The position numbers and the translations under genes are program-made. 64,000 nt of DNA from Eledone cirrhosa. Its lineage: Eukaryota. Of this stretch, positions 30,098-44,372 are shown piece after piece. The stretch covers positions 96,906,001 through 96,970,000 of the forward strand of contig OZ024743.1 of assembly GCA_964016885.1 (NCBI GenBank), given 5' to 3'. Each line of letters opens with the position of its first letter. Position 1 is the stretch's first letter. The notes beneath the pieces are model-generated. The model was not told where the DNA came from. It ran no database searches and was given only the letters and a program-made list of their open reading frames with translations.

Positions 30098-30534
30098 ATG
30101 TTATATATATAATATATGTTATATATATATATATTATATACATGTTATATATATTATATATAACATGTATATACATATACTAGCCACATTAACATTATCA
30201 TTATCATAATCATCATTTAAAGTCCACTTTTCCATGCTGGCATGAGTTGGACGAGAATATTTTAGGTAGTTTTCCTTTGGCTGGATACCTTTGATATAAA
30301 TACATGCTTTATAAGCATGATATATATCACTCCACTTTGCTGAATTCCTCTGTTGTCAGCTATATTGTTTATGCAGGTCATAAACAAATGTCACCACTTG
30401 CTTTAAACATTGTCAATATGAGAACACGTGGTAAATTGACTCACACACACATACACATATGATGGGTTTCTTTATAGCTTCTGTCAACCAAATTCACTTA
30501 GAAACCATTGTTTATGTCACATATGAGCTCTTCC

Positions 30535-31700
30535 TCCTCTGCTAGTCTACATGGAGGTCTACTGCATGCCTGTACACCCATAGTTTACATTGGGTACACC
30601 GAAATTCATTCCTACCATCTCCTCTCCAGATGGCATTAAAATCATGCCTTCTTTTACTGTTAACTAAAATCTCCATCTTTGCTAAGTTTACATTGACGTC
30701 TTTTATTTTGAAGTCTTGCTTCACCGTTTGAAAATGTTCTTAAAATATTTGACAGATTCAATAGTAAAAACTAGATCATTGGCATAGAGAAAGGTCTATG
30801 AACCAAAATAACATCTCTGGAGAATTATAATAAACAGTAGAGGACTCTGAACTCAATTGATGCCTAACTCTGCTAAATTCTTTGTTAAACACATTGCTAA
30901 CTCTTATCTTGGTAAACAAATCTCTGTACATGGCCTGCATAACTCACAAGCCATTCATCTACTCACAGTTTTCCAACAATGTCTTATCAAGGTTTTCTTT
31001 AGATTTATGAATGTTCAATATCATGGCTTGCTTTTTAGCCATCAATTTATCCTGTAGATGGCATATTAGGAAGAAGGAATTGATGCTACTTTCTCCTCTC
31101 ACAAAATTGAACTGTGCCTCATTGAAGCTAATTCTGTTCCAAATTAGTTATATTACAAATCATTCTATTTCTTTCACATCATAGTTCATCAATGTGATTC
31201 CTCTGCAGTTGTTTCTTTCTGGAGCACCTTCTGTACCCCAAGGGCAGTTGATGACAATACTGCTGTACCAGTCATTGAGTATGACACCTCCCTCCTATGC
31301 TACCTGATATACTATGCAAGTGATTTGTACATGTCCTATTTTACTGGATATTTTTAGCATCACAGCAACTATCCCAAATCATAAAACTGCTCCTTCATAT
31401 CCTTAATCACACTTTCAACCATATAGCTGATCCATTTATTGGCTCTATTTTGTGTGTTCCCTCCCTTTCCTGCACATTCTATTTATACAGCAACCTCTCA
31501 TACTAATATATCCAAGACACTTTCTTATCAGCGCTAAGTGCATCACTATTATTCCATATATACTTTCCCCAACGACATCTTGATTTGCACTGACTCATTG
31601 CTTTGCAATCCCAAACACCTCACACCTCTGGTTCTCTCATTGTAGAACATTGACAAACCACTTACTTTCTGTTTGTTTCAGTGCTACATATATATGATGT
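30535..31700 (-). mobile_element. Highly decayed RTE LINE fragment
   Basis: VNLAKMEILV...FRCTQCKLWVY matches the RTE RT/PHD region; degenerate LYAND-like codons near 30778-30792; extent uncertain. Confidence 0.55.
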
Positions 31701-31879
31701 GCAATATCTATATGAATATAGAGTATTTAATCTATTTCAATATCATATACATATAATATATGATATTGATTGTAGTCATTTGGCTTGGGGCATATATCTA
31801 TCTATAAAGTAGATAATATGTGTATCATATAATGTATATAAAATCATCATTGTTTTACTTCCATGAATATATATATATA

Positions 31880-32040
31880 AGTAAAATCAGAGGATCAACC
31901 ATGCGCTCAACAGTAATACTGCCGAGCTCATGGTTGATCCTCTGCTTTCACTAATATACTCATTCTGCCTCATACCATGTATTGAGTAGTTCTCTGATTT
32001 GTGGTCTCCTAGCTCCCCATACAGCAGACTATCAATACAC
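31880..32040 (+). repeat. Small hairpin element (31888..31944) with TGAGTA subterminal motif
   Basis: cagaggatcaaccatgcgctc / gagctcatggttgatcctctg; downstream atgtattgagtag. Confidence 0.55.
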
Positions 32041-32091
32041 ATATACAATATGACAAAAGACCAAGGTTAACAACTTAAATTCATTCTTTTA

Positions 32092-32209
32092 TTTCTACAT
32101 CTGTTTCAATATGGTTACAATGATACATGCATATGTAAACAACTAGAAATAAATAATTATCAATTATTAAAACCATACATAATACCTATAACTGGATTTC
32201 TTCAGGAAA
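32092..32209 (-). ncRNA. Candidate hammerhead with a long (~90-nt) stem II region
   Basis: Minus: tttc-CTGAAGA-aat...att-GAAA-CAGATGT-A-gaaa; stem I tttc/gaaa, stem III ACA/TGT, GUA. Confidence 0.45.
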
Positions 32210-32487
32210 ATGTAAGAAAGAACAAAGTTTATCAAGCTCAAATGGTATCAAGAATATACTTCATATCAAACACTGAGTGTAAAGCAATTAAATTAAAAAA
32301 ACACATTTTGTACATGGAGTTTTTTAACTGTGCAAAATTATAGGTTGAGGTACAAATCATTACCTCATTATTATTTATAAAGTTATTGATTATTTACAAT
32401 GACTTAATGTATATTATATTATATATATATATATACATGCACACACACATGTGTGTGTGTATATGTTATAGATGTTAAATAATATGT

Positions 32488-32790
32488 GAAGACATGGACT
32501 TGCAATTGGGAGATTGTGTGTTCGATTCTCAGACCGGGTGATGCATTGCGTCCTTGAACAAGACACTTTATTTCATGTTGCTCCAGATTACTTAGCTGTA
32601 GAAATGAGTTGCAACGTCATTGGTGCCAAGTTGTATCAGCCTTTACCTTGGACAACATCAGAGGTGTTGAGAGGGGGAAATGGCATGCCTGGACAACTGT
32701 TGGTCTTCCACAAACAACCTTGCCTCCAGACTTGTGCCTCAGAGGGGAACTTTCTAGATGCAAATCCCATATCATTCTTGACTGAGGGGG
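32488..32790 (+). mobile_element. tRNA-derived SINE (family S2)
   Basis: gttcgattct B-box, ccttgaacaagacactttatttcatgttgctccag..agctgtagaaatga; related copies 38900..39155(-), 43455..43600(-). Confidence 0.7.
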
Positions 32791-32825
32791 GGGGGGTCCT
32801 TATATATATATATATATATATCACA

Positions 32826-32986
32826 TAAGAAACGGGGAATCAGTGGTGCAACGAATAAAATTTATTAGACATATTACAATCGTTTCTCTGGCGACCAGCT
32901 CAAGGCACGATCGATGCAATGATCAAACCTGACTTTGAAATCGCAAGATTCTTAGATACATCTCGATTCTTCGAAGCAGAATTTCC

Positions 32987-32990
<4 letters not shown>
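32826..32990 (-). repeat. Decayed copy of the hammerhead-bearing element at 58693..58930
   Basis: gaatcagtg(g/a)tgca...attacaat(c/t)gtttctc..gcga...aacctgact...agatacatct...tcgaagca shared. Confidence 0.6.
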
Positions 32991-33018
<28 letters not shown>

Positions 33019-35556
33019 TACTACTATCATCATCAGCAGCAACATTTAATGTCCATTTTGCCTGTTAGCAAGGGTTGATATGACAGACCAAGTGAATACA
33101 TATTTGGAGCCACTGATACCTCAGATGGACCAGAATCTCATTACACTTACATATGGTCCTGCACTCTACAGAATACACCATGTCTTTTATAATGGTACCA
33201 ATACTAGAAAGGTCATCATGTTCTTGACCCAACCAAAGAGTCCTCTCTACCTTTGTTTTTGGTAAGTTTTCTATGGCTGGGCCCTCCTGACATTGCCTAC
33301 TGGATAGGGTGCTATTTTGTGTCAACACGAACACTATAGAGGGTGGAACCTCTTGTGTCACTACTACAACTACCTTACAGAGTGGAGTGGGTTCTTTGGT
33401 TGTTTTGTTATTGTAACACTGGATCACCATACAGGATAGACTTTGGGCTTTTCTGTCATGGCAGCAGCATTGTGGGAGAGTAGATGTTGAGTGTGGCCAG
33501 CTTTTCATGCTTGTATTTATGGGTTCAACATGAGAGGAGTATTGAGGGTGAAAAAGGTGCAGATTGGGGGAGTATGCATTTTGAACACGGACAAGGTGAG
33601 TGGTATATTTAGCTGGTGAGGGAAGGAGGTGATCAGACTGAGAAGAGTGAGTAGGGAGAAGTAATATCCTTTACATGTTTGTGTCATCCTGTGCGCACAC
33701 AAACACACATATGAATATGTATGTTTAAGTGTGTATATGTATGTAAATATACATGAATGTATGTATATATGAATACATGTATATATCGCGGTCAGGTTTT
33801 TACTTTCCTTTATTATGCAAGCGTAAAAATGATTATATATACATATATATACATATATATATATATATATATCGCCATCATTGTTGTACAAAGCAACACA
33901 TGTTAATATATCAGTGTTGATCGGGTCAATTTAGATATATTAACTCTTGTTTCTTTGGAAATAGCTTTGTACAGATTGTATAGACAATGTGTAGAATTTG
34001 GACTGAAAATATCAACAACAAATAACTATAATTGATATGCCTGTTTCATTAGGAGTATATACTGCATCTGGTTATATATGTGAGCAAATATATAACTGCA
34101 CATTTACATGGATTGTAGAAGCAAGTAGATCAGATGCATCTTCATCAGGTGTTATACCAGTAAGGTTATGTGGCTGTGTAGAGTTTGTGTTAATGTCCTC
34201 TACTATCATTTTTGGTTAGCAGTCAATGTTGTCATGCAACCTCTTAGCAGTAAATCTTAATCAAATTCGATAACAATTCCATGAGTAAGAATAGTTTCAA
34301 ACCTCAATGAACTAATTTTGGAATGAATTAAAATTAGGAGTGTATATAACAGGAATCTGTCACCATCGTCTAATGTAACCTGAGTCAATATATCTGGAAT
34401 AGCCTGAGAAGCACTCAATACTGAATGAAATGAATCCATTGTCTAAGAATGACAACTATTAATACGATTTTGAAACAGATTTGTTAGAATTTTAGATGAA
34501 AAAAAACATTTGCAAATACCCAGGAAAATTACCCACCTAGGTAGTTAGCAGTTTCTGTTGCAGTTAGCTGTACATGTGGTTAATTGCATAAATGATCTGC
34601 ACATTTATATGTATATATATATATAAAATATATGTATGTGAACATAATGAAGACAAACACAAAAATAATGACATGAAGTTATATTAGAAAAGGAAAAGGA
34701 AAAAGAATGCTTCACAGTATCGGATGTTAGACCTTCATCTAGAAAAAGTAAATTTTGGAGAGAGAGGAGGCTGGAAGATTAGAAGATGAAAAAAACGTTA
34801 TGTGAACTTGTATGTTGTTTTTATTTCTTATTTGCGTCAGAGTGTCTGTGTGTGCTCACATATATGTCTTGAAGTGGTGTATACATCGTTCATAAGTGGG
34901 CATGTGTGTTGTTTGATCAATACATTAGCAACAGGGTTTAGATACCTTCCTTATGTATTCCTATTTTCGTATGTGTATTTTAACTAATCCTTACAAATGT
35001 TCAACATGGCATCATGTGTTGTATATGACTCTTCCATATATCTGATATTAAAATCTAGAGATATTTCATACAAATTGCAATTTTTTTTTTTTTTTCTCAT
35101 ATATTTAAGAATTTATTTCTGTACATAAGCATTGCCACAAATACATATGTATGTTTTATAAATGTTTCTGCTAGGAAACATTACATTCATTAAGAGAAAA
35201 CAGTCAAAAGCAAATTGATTTTATAAATATAATCACAGGCATGACTTTGTGATGTATTTGCTTCACAGCCATATAGTTTTGGGTTCACTCCCACTGTGTA
35301 ACACATTGGTCTTCTACTATAGACTTGGGTTGACAAATGCTGAGTGAGTGGAATTTGGTAGATGGAAACAGCAGAAGCCCATTGTATGAATGATTATAAC
35401 AGTTTTGGCTTGTATTGCCAAATAGAAGCTGAAACTGCTAGGCAGATCAGTTGGGTGGTTACTTTCCTTTATATGCACTTTGCCTTTTCCCATGCATAGA
35501 GTACTACCCTGGTTTGTGGTCTCCCCATTTTCAGCACTGTAGATTTCATATATATA

Positions 35557-35596
<40 letters not shown>

Positions 35597-35694
35597 TATA
35601 TTATATTATATTATATATGGTAAATGAAATAATTATCTTATGTTGTTTATTACATAAATATATATATATATATAGCTTTTATACATATAATGAG

Positions 35695-35947
35695 ATTGTG
35701 TAGGTGTTACGACAAAAAAAACACACACTCCACGCTGTAATGTGGTTGTGTAGGTAACACGGTAAAAAGCTCCCAGTCTACACTGTAAATGTAGTTGGTG
35801 TTAGGAAGGGCATCCAGCCGTAGAAAACCTGCCAGATAGTCCTATATGAGCGAGACACGGTCACCCGATCAATCTTGCCTCAAGAGGGACAACTCCCATC
35901 TAACTCATGCTAGAGTGGAAGATAGATTAAACAATGATGATGATGAT
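35695..35947 (+). mobile_element. 5'-truncated RTE-B 3' region / RTE-derived SINE
   Basis: tccacgctgtaatgtgg...ggtgttaggaagggcatccagcc...(GAT)n, as at 46900..47125 and 50000..50230. Confidence 0.75.
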
Positions 35948-36558
35948 ATGGCTTATATGCATATCTATGTATTTATATATATGTATATAAACCAGCCCTG
36001 TGGGTAACATAGAGAATACTTTTTCCTTCATCCAGTCTATGGCATCCCTTGTCACTTTATATTTCATAGTTTAGTGGACCAACATGATAAAAACCAGGCT
36101 TGATAAAAATATATAAATTTGAGTCGATATGATTGACTAAATGCAGTGAAATACCTAAAACCAGTAAAAGATTCTAAGAAATAAAAAATATTTCTGTGTT
36201 TATTTCATTCATAAGCTTTCCCTCAAATATTTTAGCAAGTTTTAGAAATGTTTCAGCTTGGAATTAATACATTCATTAAGAGAAAACAGTCAAATGTAAA
36301 TTGATTTTATATATAAATATATATTTTAACATTTATTTGACATTTCTCTATTACATGTTGATAGTTAGGTTTTCTAAGTACAATCCTTGAATTGATAACC
36401 ACTGTGTGTAGCTGTATTTAACAGTGTTGACTTAATGACTTTTATCTCTTCAAAAATAATTTTTTCGATATTTTTTAAAAGAAACTTTTTGAGTAGAATT
36501 GCAGAACCAATAGAAAACAAGAGCAAATCCCAAATCTATGTTGTTGTTATTGTTATTG

Positions 36559-36592
<34 letters not shown>

Positions 36593-37845
36593 CAGCAGGA
36601 GCTGAGATTGGAACTCAATAAAAATATCAATTACATATAAGATGTACAAAAATGTTGACATATTGCATTGATTCAAGACTTTTGATATATTGGTTCATGA
36701 TTTAAACATACACTTATGTCTGAACAACATAAATTATAGCTCTTCGAAATTGTTAACCTAACAGGTTATGTAAGAAAGAAATATAGGTATACTTTTAGCC
36801 ACATCCAAGAGTCTATATATGTATGGGTCAAAGTGAGGGTGGGGTTATATTATATATGTGTGTGGACCCAGCTTAGCTGAAAGGTTAAGGAATTGATTAG
36901 GTAGCAAGTTTGATCTCGTTGTGTGATATCATGGGCAAGTTTCATCTACCATAGCCTCAAGTCAACCCATGTCTTATGAGTGAAAATCTGTCTGATGGAC
37001 TGTGCCTGTAATGGCTGACATTGTCATACAATTTATCATGCTGAATCTCTTCCAAGTAATCTCCCTTTTGTTATACTACATTTTCATAAAGAAACATTTA
37101 ACATACTATATTTTTAATGGCATCTTCAAACTTGTTCAAGCGTCTGATGAGTAGGTCACAAATCTGATCACTCTTCCAATCTGGTGAGATGGTCATATTT
37201 GGGCCTTGAAAGTTTAGCACTTTTATTCTGTGTATTAACATAAATAAATGATATAAATATATCAGCTCTCATACCTGTTTGAGCACTGTTTTTTCTTTTT
37301 CACATCAACCAATATTTTAATACACACACACGCATACCCCCCCCCCCACATGCCCACCCACCCACACACACAAACACACATATAAAGTATATGGGTTACA
37401 AATTCATATTTTCAACATGCACTGTTTGTAAATTCATTGAGTGAGTAGATAGTGGCTGAGATAGATGGATAGATGATTGTAAATGGATAGCTTTGTTAAA
37501 CATAATATATATATATGATGGCTTCCCCCTCCTTATTGAGTATGGCCATTGTATGATATACCATTATTAGTAATTATTAATTAATTCTATCGTTTCTATC
37601 GTGCAATGCCTGTGTGCGAAGATTTTTTTAAAGTGAGGAAAGACTGTGCACTGAGCCAATCCCACTGTCTGAGTGACAGTAGCTATAACCCGAAAAGAAC
37701 AACATCATCGGTAACTACTGAACCACAGGTTTTATGTCAGAGTTATCCCAGTTTCCTGAGTTGCCTTCTCCTAGAAGAATACCCTGACAAAGTCTAGGGG
37801 TCCTTCACTCCCAGTGGTTTAACAGCGTGATCTTGTGTCCAGCCA

Positions 37846-38083
37846 ATATATATATTATGCATTGATTGCTCTTTTCACTGAGTATTACATAAGTAATCCT
37901 AGTTCCTATATTTTCCTGCTAACTTAGTTTAATGTTTTGGTGTGAAAGTTTAAACCCTTAACTCACACATTTGGTGGTTAATAAAACATATATATTGTGT
38001 TCTACATTCTATTTGTTCTATACATAAATCCAAACCTGTGTATATATACACAGTGAAAAGAGCAATCAATGTATAATATTTAT
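37846..38083. repeat. ~35-bp inverted repeats enclosing ~170 bp
   Basis: tattatgcattgattgctcttttcactg / cagtgaaaagagcaatcaatgtataata. Confidence 0.7.
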
Positions 38084-38089
38084 ATCTAA

Positions 38090-38896
38090 TCCTTTAGCAT
38101 TTAAACCGGCCATATCCGGCCAGAATTCTCTCACCTGTTTCTGTTCAAACCAGCTGTAGCCAGCCACTCATACCGGCGTTAAGGTATTGTTCTCAAAGTA
38201 AGTAATATCAAAATTAATAATGTAAATGTTATGTGAGGTAAAGCCTTTACTGTGAAAATACAATAGTATATATAGAGTAATGTAAATATTATGTGAGGTA
38301 AAGCCTTTACTGTGAAAATACAATAGTATATATAGAGTAATGTAAATGTAATGTAAGGTAAAGCCTTTACTGTGAAAATACAATAGTATATATAGAGTAA
38401 TGTAAATGTTATGTGAGGTAAAGCCTTTACTGTGAAAATACAATAGTATATATAGAGTAAGGTAAATGTTATGTGAGGTAAAGCCTTTACTGTGAAAATA
38501 CAATAGTATATATAGAGTAATGTAAATGTTATGTGAGGTAAAGCCTTTACTGTGAAAATACAATAGTATATATAGAGTAATGTAAATGCTATGTGAGGTA
38601 AAGCCTTTACTGTGAAAATACAATAGTATATATAGAGTAATGTAAATGTTATGTGAGGTAAAGCCTTTACTGTGAAAATACAATAGTATATATAGAGTAA
38701 GGTAAATGTTATGTGAGGTAAAGCCTTTACTGTGAAAATACAATAGTATATATAGAGTAATGTAAATGTTATGTGAGGTAAAGCCTTTACTGTGAAAATA
38801 CAATAGTATATATAGAGTAATGTAAATGTTATGTGAGGTAAAGCCTTTACTGTGAAAATACAATAGTATATATAGAGTAATGTAAATGTTAAAGGG
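38090..38896 (+). mobile_element. TTAA-type MITE containing a tandem array
   Basis: ctaa|tcctttagcattta ... taaatgttaaaggg|TTAA; homologous to 15514..15734. Confidence 0.7.
38218..38890. repeat. 60-bp tandem repeat, ~11 near-identical copies
   Basis: tgtaaatgttatgtgaggtaaagcctttactgtgaaaatacaatagtatatatagagtaa in register with the 60-nt lines. Confidence 0.98.
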
Positions 38897-38899
38897 TTA

Positions 38900-39155
38900 A
38901 AGTCAAAAGTCTGTCTCGAGCCTGGAGGCTCATTAGGCCATTGAATTAAGTTACAGAAAGTACAATACTCCCCCTGGAAAGGATGCCAGACCATCACAGG
39001 GTTAAACTCCCAGCTAGTGCAGGTACTCATTTTCAGTTGAGTATATTGGAGTAACATGAAATGAAGTGTTTTGCTCAAGAACACAACCCAGTCCAGGAAT
39101 TGAACCCACAATGGTACGGTCATAAGGCCAACACCCTTACCCTAGGCCACGTACC
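38900..39155 (-). mobile_element. tRNA-derived SINE (S2-related)
   Basis: Minus: gtggcctagggtaagg..gggttcaattcc..ttgagcaaaacacttcatttca. Confidence 0.65.
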
Positions 39156-39496
39156 CCCATAATATGTTATATACATTTAATTAAACCCCTGGTAAGTCAC
39201 ATTATTAAGTATATATATTATTATTGATAATTGCACATTTCCATGTAAATAAACTCTACTACATATATTAAAGACATGCAATAAGGTTCATGTATTTGGG
39301 TTCTTGATTTCCGAAGCCATTGACCAAGTTGTAAACACAGGTATCTATTTATTACCTGAAGGATCACTTATGAGAACTTCTAAGTAGAAATAGTGATACA
39401 TAAGGTTGGAACACACACATATATATGTCAGTTGTGCACTATACAGGTAATCCAAATGGCATAAATGTGTATTTAAATTTACACACTTTTAGTATA

Positions 39497-39710
39497 TCTA
39501 TATCTAGGGTGGGTAAAATTGCTGAGATCCATGTATGAGTTCTCTCCAGCGGTTTCTGTCCTTCATCATCGCCATTGTGCCCCGCATCTCCCAGAGACCA
39601 GTATTTGTCCTTAGGGCATCAACATATGTCATCCTTGGTCTCACTCTTCCAGTGTGTCCATGTAGTAGCTCCCACAGAGGAGACTGAGATTAGCTGGACA
39701 TGCTCACCAA
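39497..39710 (-). mobile_element. RTE-C 3' fragment
   Basis: Homologous to 2461..2700; shorter copy at 55438..55528. Confidence 0.75.
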
Positions 39711-40154
39711 TATTTACTATATAGACATGTAAATATGCCAGATTTCCTTGTAAAAAAAGGATATTTTAAATAATTTTAAAACCTAGTTAGGTTTTACAAC
39801 AGAAGGCATGTATTTAAACAACCACAAGGAAATATGTAATTGAGGGGTTTATAATCTATCACTTATGGTAGCATAATGAAATGGATGTATAAATTTGTAC
39901 ATTATTAGTTCTCATGTTAGTAATTAATTATAGTATATATTAAGTTGTGCACCAAGCAACTAAAGAATATAAGTTATAGCTGTATGTACCATTGTTTCAA
40001 TTTGCAGGGAAATAAGTATATTTGATATGTTTACATGTCAAATATACTAAAAATGTGTACCTTTATATATACATATATACAGCCTTGGTTACCACCATTC
40101 TGTACACATACAGAATTAACTTTATCATATATATATATATGTGTGTGTGTGTGT

Positions 40155-40365
40155 AAAATTTAATATAGAAATAGCTTCTACAAGACTAGAACTGTTTCAT
40201 TTGAAGGAATTCATCAGGAAATCATCAAGGCCTTTCCTGGTGATTTTCTTTAAATGAAACAGTTTTTCCTGTAGAAGTGATTTCTATATTAAATTTTGTA
40301 TATACTCTACTAATGTATTGAGTACCTTACTTACTGTGGTTACCCCTGATTGAATCTGGGACTCA
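40155..40365. repeat. Fold-back element (palindrome 40155..40297) with two hammerhead motifs and TGAGTA tail
   Basis: aaaatttaatatagaaat..cttctaca / tgtagaag..atttctatattaaatttt; plus-arm core mutated to CTGGTGA (40233..40277). Confidence 0.75.
40175..40221 (-). ncRNA. Type-I hammerhead motif with 4-bp stem III
   Basis: Minus: tttc-CTGATGA-att(ccttca)aat-GAA-ACAG(ttctagtc)TTGT-A-gaag; sister copies have ACAG/CTGT. Confidence 0.65.
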
Positions 40366-41603
40366 TATATATATATTTATATGGGTGTGTGTGTATGAAA
40401 TAAATGTTTATTTGAAGATGTCTCATGTAGAATTTCTTCTTTAATTCTTTGACACATTTCTCTATAACAACTAGATTATCAACATAATCAAGAGAGTAGG
40501 GTTGATTGGGCATTTATGACTGCTTGTAACTGCATGAGCCCCCTTAGCAAAAACATGGTACATACTACCAAATGATATTTGATTGAGAGAGATCACTGTA
40601 GATTACAAAATGGCCTATGTATAGAATGAGATTTCGCAGCTATGCAATAGATGCAGCAAGAGTAGTGACAATATACCACCACGGAATAATTCCAAAGAGT
40701 TCTCACTGAAAACAGATGCTACCCAACTTCTCTCCCTAAACATCAAGATGCCAAGGCACCACTTATGAGAACAAGAAGGACACGCACCACTAGAGGTAGC
40801 ATATGCTATCTAAAACTGCTGCATTTCAATGAGGGGGTGACCACAGCCATCTGACAAGTTATTTATATTGACAGTGTGAACATACAGCTAGCACACTTAT
40901 GGCCCTTCATGAGGAGATAATTCTTCAAATCATAACCTGCATACAAAGATATATGCACACTTCCTAACTTTCCCATTAACAGTCCAGGAGAATGTGTGTT
41001 CTACAGGGTCACTTAGAAATGATGTGGTTCCTCATACATTGGAAGTATTGTCTGGATATTGTACATGCAGATCAAGGAGTACATGAACATGAGAGCTGCC
41101 ACAATGAAAATACATCTTATACAGTTAAATGCTGCAACCAAGACATTGAGATCAGGATAGGAATGTGGGGAATTTAAGAATTAAGTAAGCCATAATTATT
41201 GTACAGAGGAAGCAGTAATAAACAATGGAACAGAGAGGTTTCTATGACCACTCAACATTAGTGTAACTGTACACAACATAGCAAAGATCTGTTAAAGAGG
41301 AGACATACTTTTCTGTTTGAAATATTACGATGAAATATACTGGGTAAAAAAAACATTTTGTTTTGTTATATTTGTCTCACTTTACCATTTTAACAACTTT
41401 TTATATATATATTTCTATCCACATTGTTGTGACTTTCTGAAGTTCTTATTACTTATTACATACACACATATATGTGTACGTGTAATAAGTGATGTGTGTG
41501 TCTGTCATGGTCCCACAACCTGATCCCTCACAAAGAGACAGCCCGTCCTACACATTCTAGCATGAAAGATGGATGTTAGACGATGATGATGATCATCATC
41601 ATG

Positions 41604-41667
<64 letters not shown>

Positions 41668-41729
41668 GTAGAACACTGGAGGGTAATATCCGTACTGGTA
41701 GATCACTCAGTCAATGGGACAAGTTAGGT

Positions 41730-41814
41730 AGAAGTAGTAACACAACAGTTAGTTCACCATACCGAGAAACAATTGTTCTCAATATGGTGAATTAACTGTT
41801 GTGTTACTACTTCT
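41730..41814. repeat. ~40-bp-arm hairpin centred on GAAACAATTGT
   Basis: agaagtagtaacacaacagttagttcaccata / tatggtgaattaactgttgtgttactacttct. Confidence 0.8.
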
Positions 41815-42637
41815 CTCTCTATATATAAAAGAGAGAGAGAGAGAGACAATACATACACACATGAATATGATATACATAGATATATGTTTATATATGAGTG
41901 TTTATTAAGAGTATGGTGGGCTCTACATCTGACCTTTGCAAGCCCTTCTAGACTGGCATTATTAATGCTGTTTTACACATATATCGTTCACTGTCTGCCA
42001 AATATCAGTGAGTGGAGTATTATGGAGAGTGGCTGTTCTTATGAAGTAGGGAAGGGAAAGTGTTTAATGAAAGGTCTAGCAGATGAAGCACAGCAGTGGT
42101 GATGATATGAGCTCACATATGTGTTGGGTAATGTGGGTATGTAGCCAGCTGTAGCAGAGAAAGAGTGGAAACTTTGCCCTTGTGAGATAATGGCTGCAGC
42201 ACTGTGTACAAAAATTATTTATATGAGTGTTTGTCCCTATTTAAATGTACAGATGTATGTATCATAATCATTTAATGTCTCTTTTTCCTGCAAGCAAAGG
42301 TTTCAGTATATATAATAATAATAATGAATAATAATAATAATGAAATATTGTGTACAGTGCTCAGGTGCACTACAACTCATCAAAAAGTGTATGTATAGTA
42401 CATAGGGTAATGTACAAACGTCAGTATATATATATACTGAAACATTTGCTTGCAGGAAAACGAGACATTAAATGATTATGATACATATGTATATATAATA
42501 CATATATATATATGTATATATATATATTTATATATATATATATGTATATATATATGTATATATATGTATATATGTATATATATATATATGTTTATATATA
42601 TATGTATATATATATATATATATATATGTGTATATAT

Positions 42638-43250
42638 AACTTTGACTTTGATAGGTTTCGGCCAGTATTGACCTAGGCCATGTCTAACTTAATAGCATCA
42701 CCTGGCGAAGTCTTACAAATCAGTGTTTGGGCACCATGGCCCACTCGAGCAGAGAGTTATTGTTTACGGAGGCATATCCGGGTGTAGGAGGCTCATCCGG
42801 GATTTCTTGAAGGAATTTACCAAAGACTTCTTGAACTTGATGGGGTCTGTCTCTGCTTTGATGTGTTTTGGTGTAATGTTAAAGAGTGCAGGGCCAATTG
42901 AGGTGAAATAATTGTGCTGTATTGTTGTTATGTGATGCGAGTGGGATTTTTGTCGTGGGCGGATAGTACGGGGCCCAAGCCTTGGGTGTAAACTAAAGGT
43001 GATGCCAACATCATTTGGGCTACGCTGATGGAATATTTTCCACATCATACAGATTATGTAGCGCTCACGGCGACGTTGAAGAGAATAAAGTTTGAGCATT
43101 TCTAATCGACCCCAATAGTCAAGCCTGTCATGCCAACTATTTTTTTGCAACTGACCTTTGGGGTGCTTCAACTTTCATGATACTTTGTTTCGTGTGGGGT
43201 GACTACAGTGGACGACAGTATTCAAGGTTGGGTCGGGCGAAAGTTGAGAT
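42638..43250 (-). mobile_element. CR1-group LINE 3' fragment (family CR1-b)
   Basis: LDYWGRLEMLKLYSLQRRRERYIICMMWK...; homologous to 57120..57735. Confidence 0.88.
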
Positions 43251-43261
43251 AATGTATAATC

Positions 43262-43600
43262 ATTTCATCATCATCATTTCATTTTACGTCCGCTTTTTCC
43301 CTGCTTGTAAGGGTGGGAAGGGAACTGATTCTGGCTTGATTTCTACAGCTGGATGCCCTTCCTAACACCAACCTCATTTACAGTGAGTGTTGGGTGCTTT
43401 TTTTCTGTGGCACCTGCACGACCATTTTGCAATGATAGGGACCCTAGTTCTATCATCTCATTTCTACAGCTGAGTAAACTGGAGCAATGTGAAATAAAGT
43501 GTCTTGCTCAAGGAAACAACATATCACCCGGTGTGAGAATTGAACTCACAACCTTTCGATTGCAAGGCCAATGCTCTAACCAGTAAGCCACGTGCCTCCA
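43262..43600 (-). mobile_element. RTE-tailed SINE-like fragment (43262..43430) next to an S2 tRNA-SINE head (43455..43600)
   Basis: ggaagggcatcc body + RTE-A 3' end; minus strand gtggcttactggttagagc..gagttcaattct. Confidence 0.7.
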
Positions 43601-43672
43601 TATATATATGTACATATATATATATGTATATATATGTATGTATATATATGTATATATGTATATATATATATG

Positions 43673-43704
<32 letters not shown>

Positions 43705-43747
43705 TGTATGTATATATATGTATATATATATACATATGTATGTATAT

Positions 43748-43788
<41 letters not shown>

Positions 43789-43912
43789 TATGTATGTATA
43801 TATATATATATATGTATGTATTTATATATATGTATGTATATATGTATGTATATATGTATGTATATATGTATGTATATATATATATATATATGTATGTATA
43901 TATATATATATG

Positions 43913-43953
<41 letters not shown>

Positions 43954-44042
43954 GTATGTATATATATATATGTATGTATATATATATATGTATGTATATA
44001 TATGCATATATATATATGTATGTACATATATATGTATGTATT

Positions 44043-44073
<31 letters not shown>

Positions 44074-44299
44074 TTATATATATGTATGTATATATATATA
44101 TGTATGTATATATAAATGTGGTTCCACACTGTAAATGTGGTTGGTGTTAGGAAGGGCATCCAACTGTAGAAAACCCGCCAGACAGTCCTATGCGAGCAAG
44201 ACAACCACTCTTGCCTCAATTGGGAAAACTCCCGTCCAAGCCCATGCAAGCATGGAACACGGACGTTAAACGATGATGATGATGATGATGATGATATAT

Positions 44300-44372
<73 letters not shown>

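Noticed and set aside
38168-39123. ORFs of 231 and 314 aa, or a CRISPR-like array
   Set aside because: Contiguous 60-bp tandem repeats with no unique spacers and no cas genes; ORFs are a by-product of unit length
43520-43600. tRNA gene
   Set aside because: A/B boxes continue into a SINE body; no convincing acceptor stem or Pol III terminator
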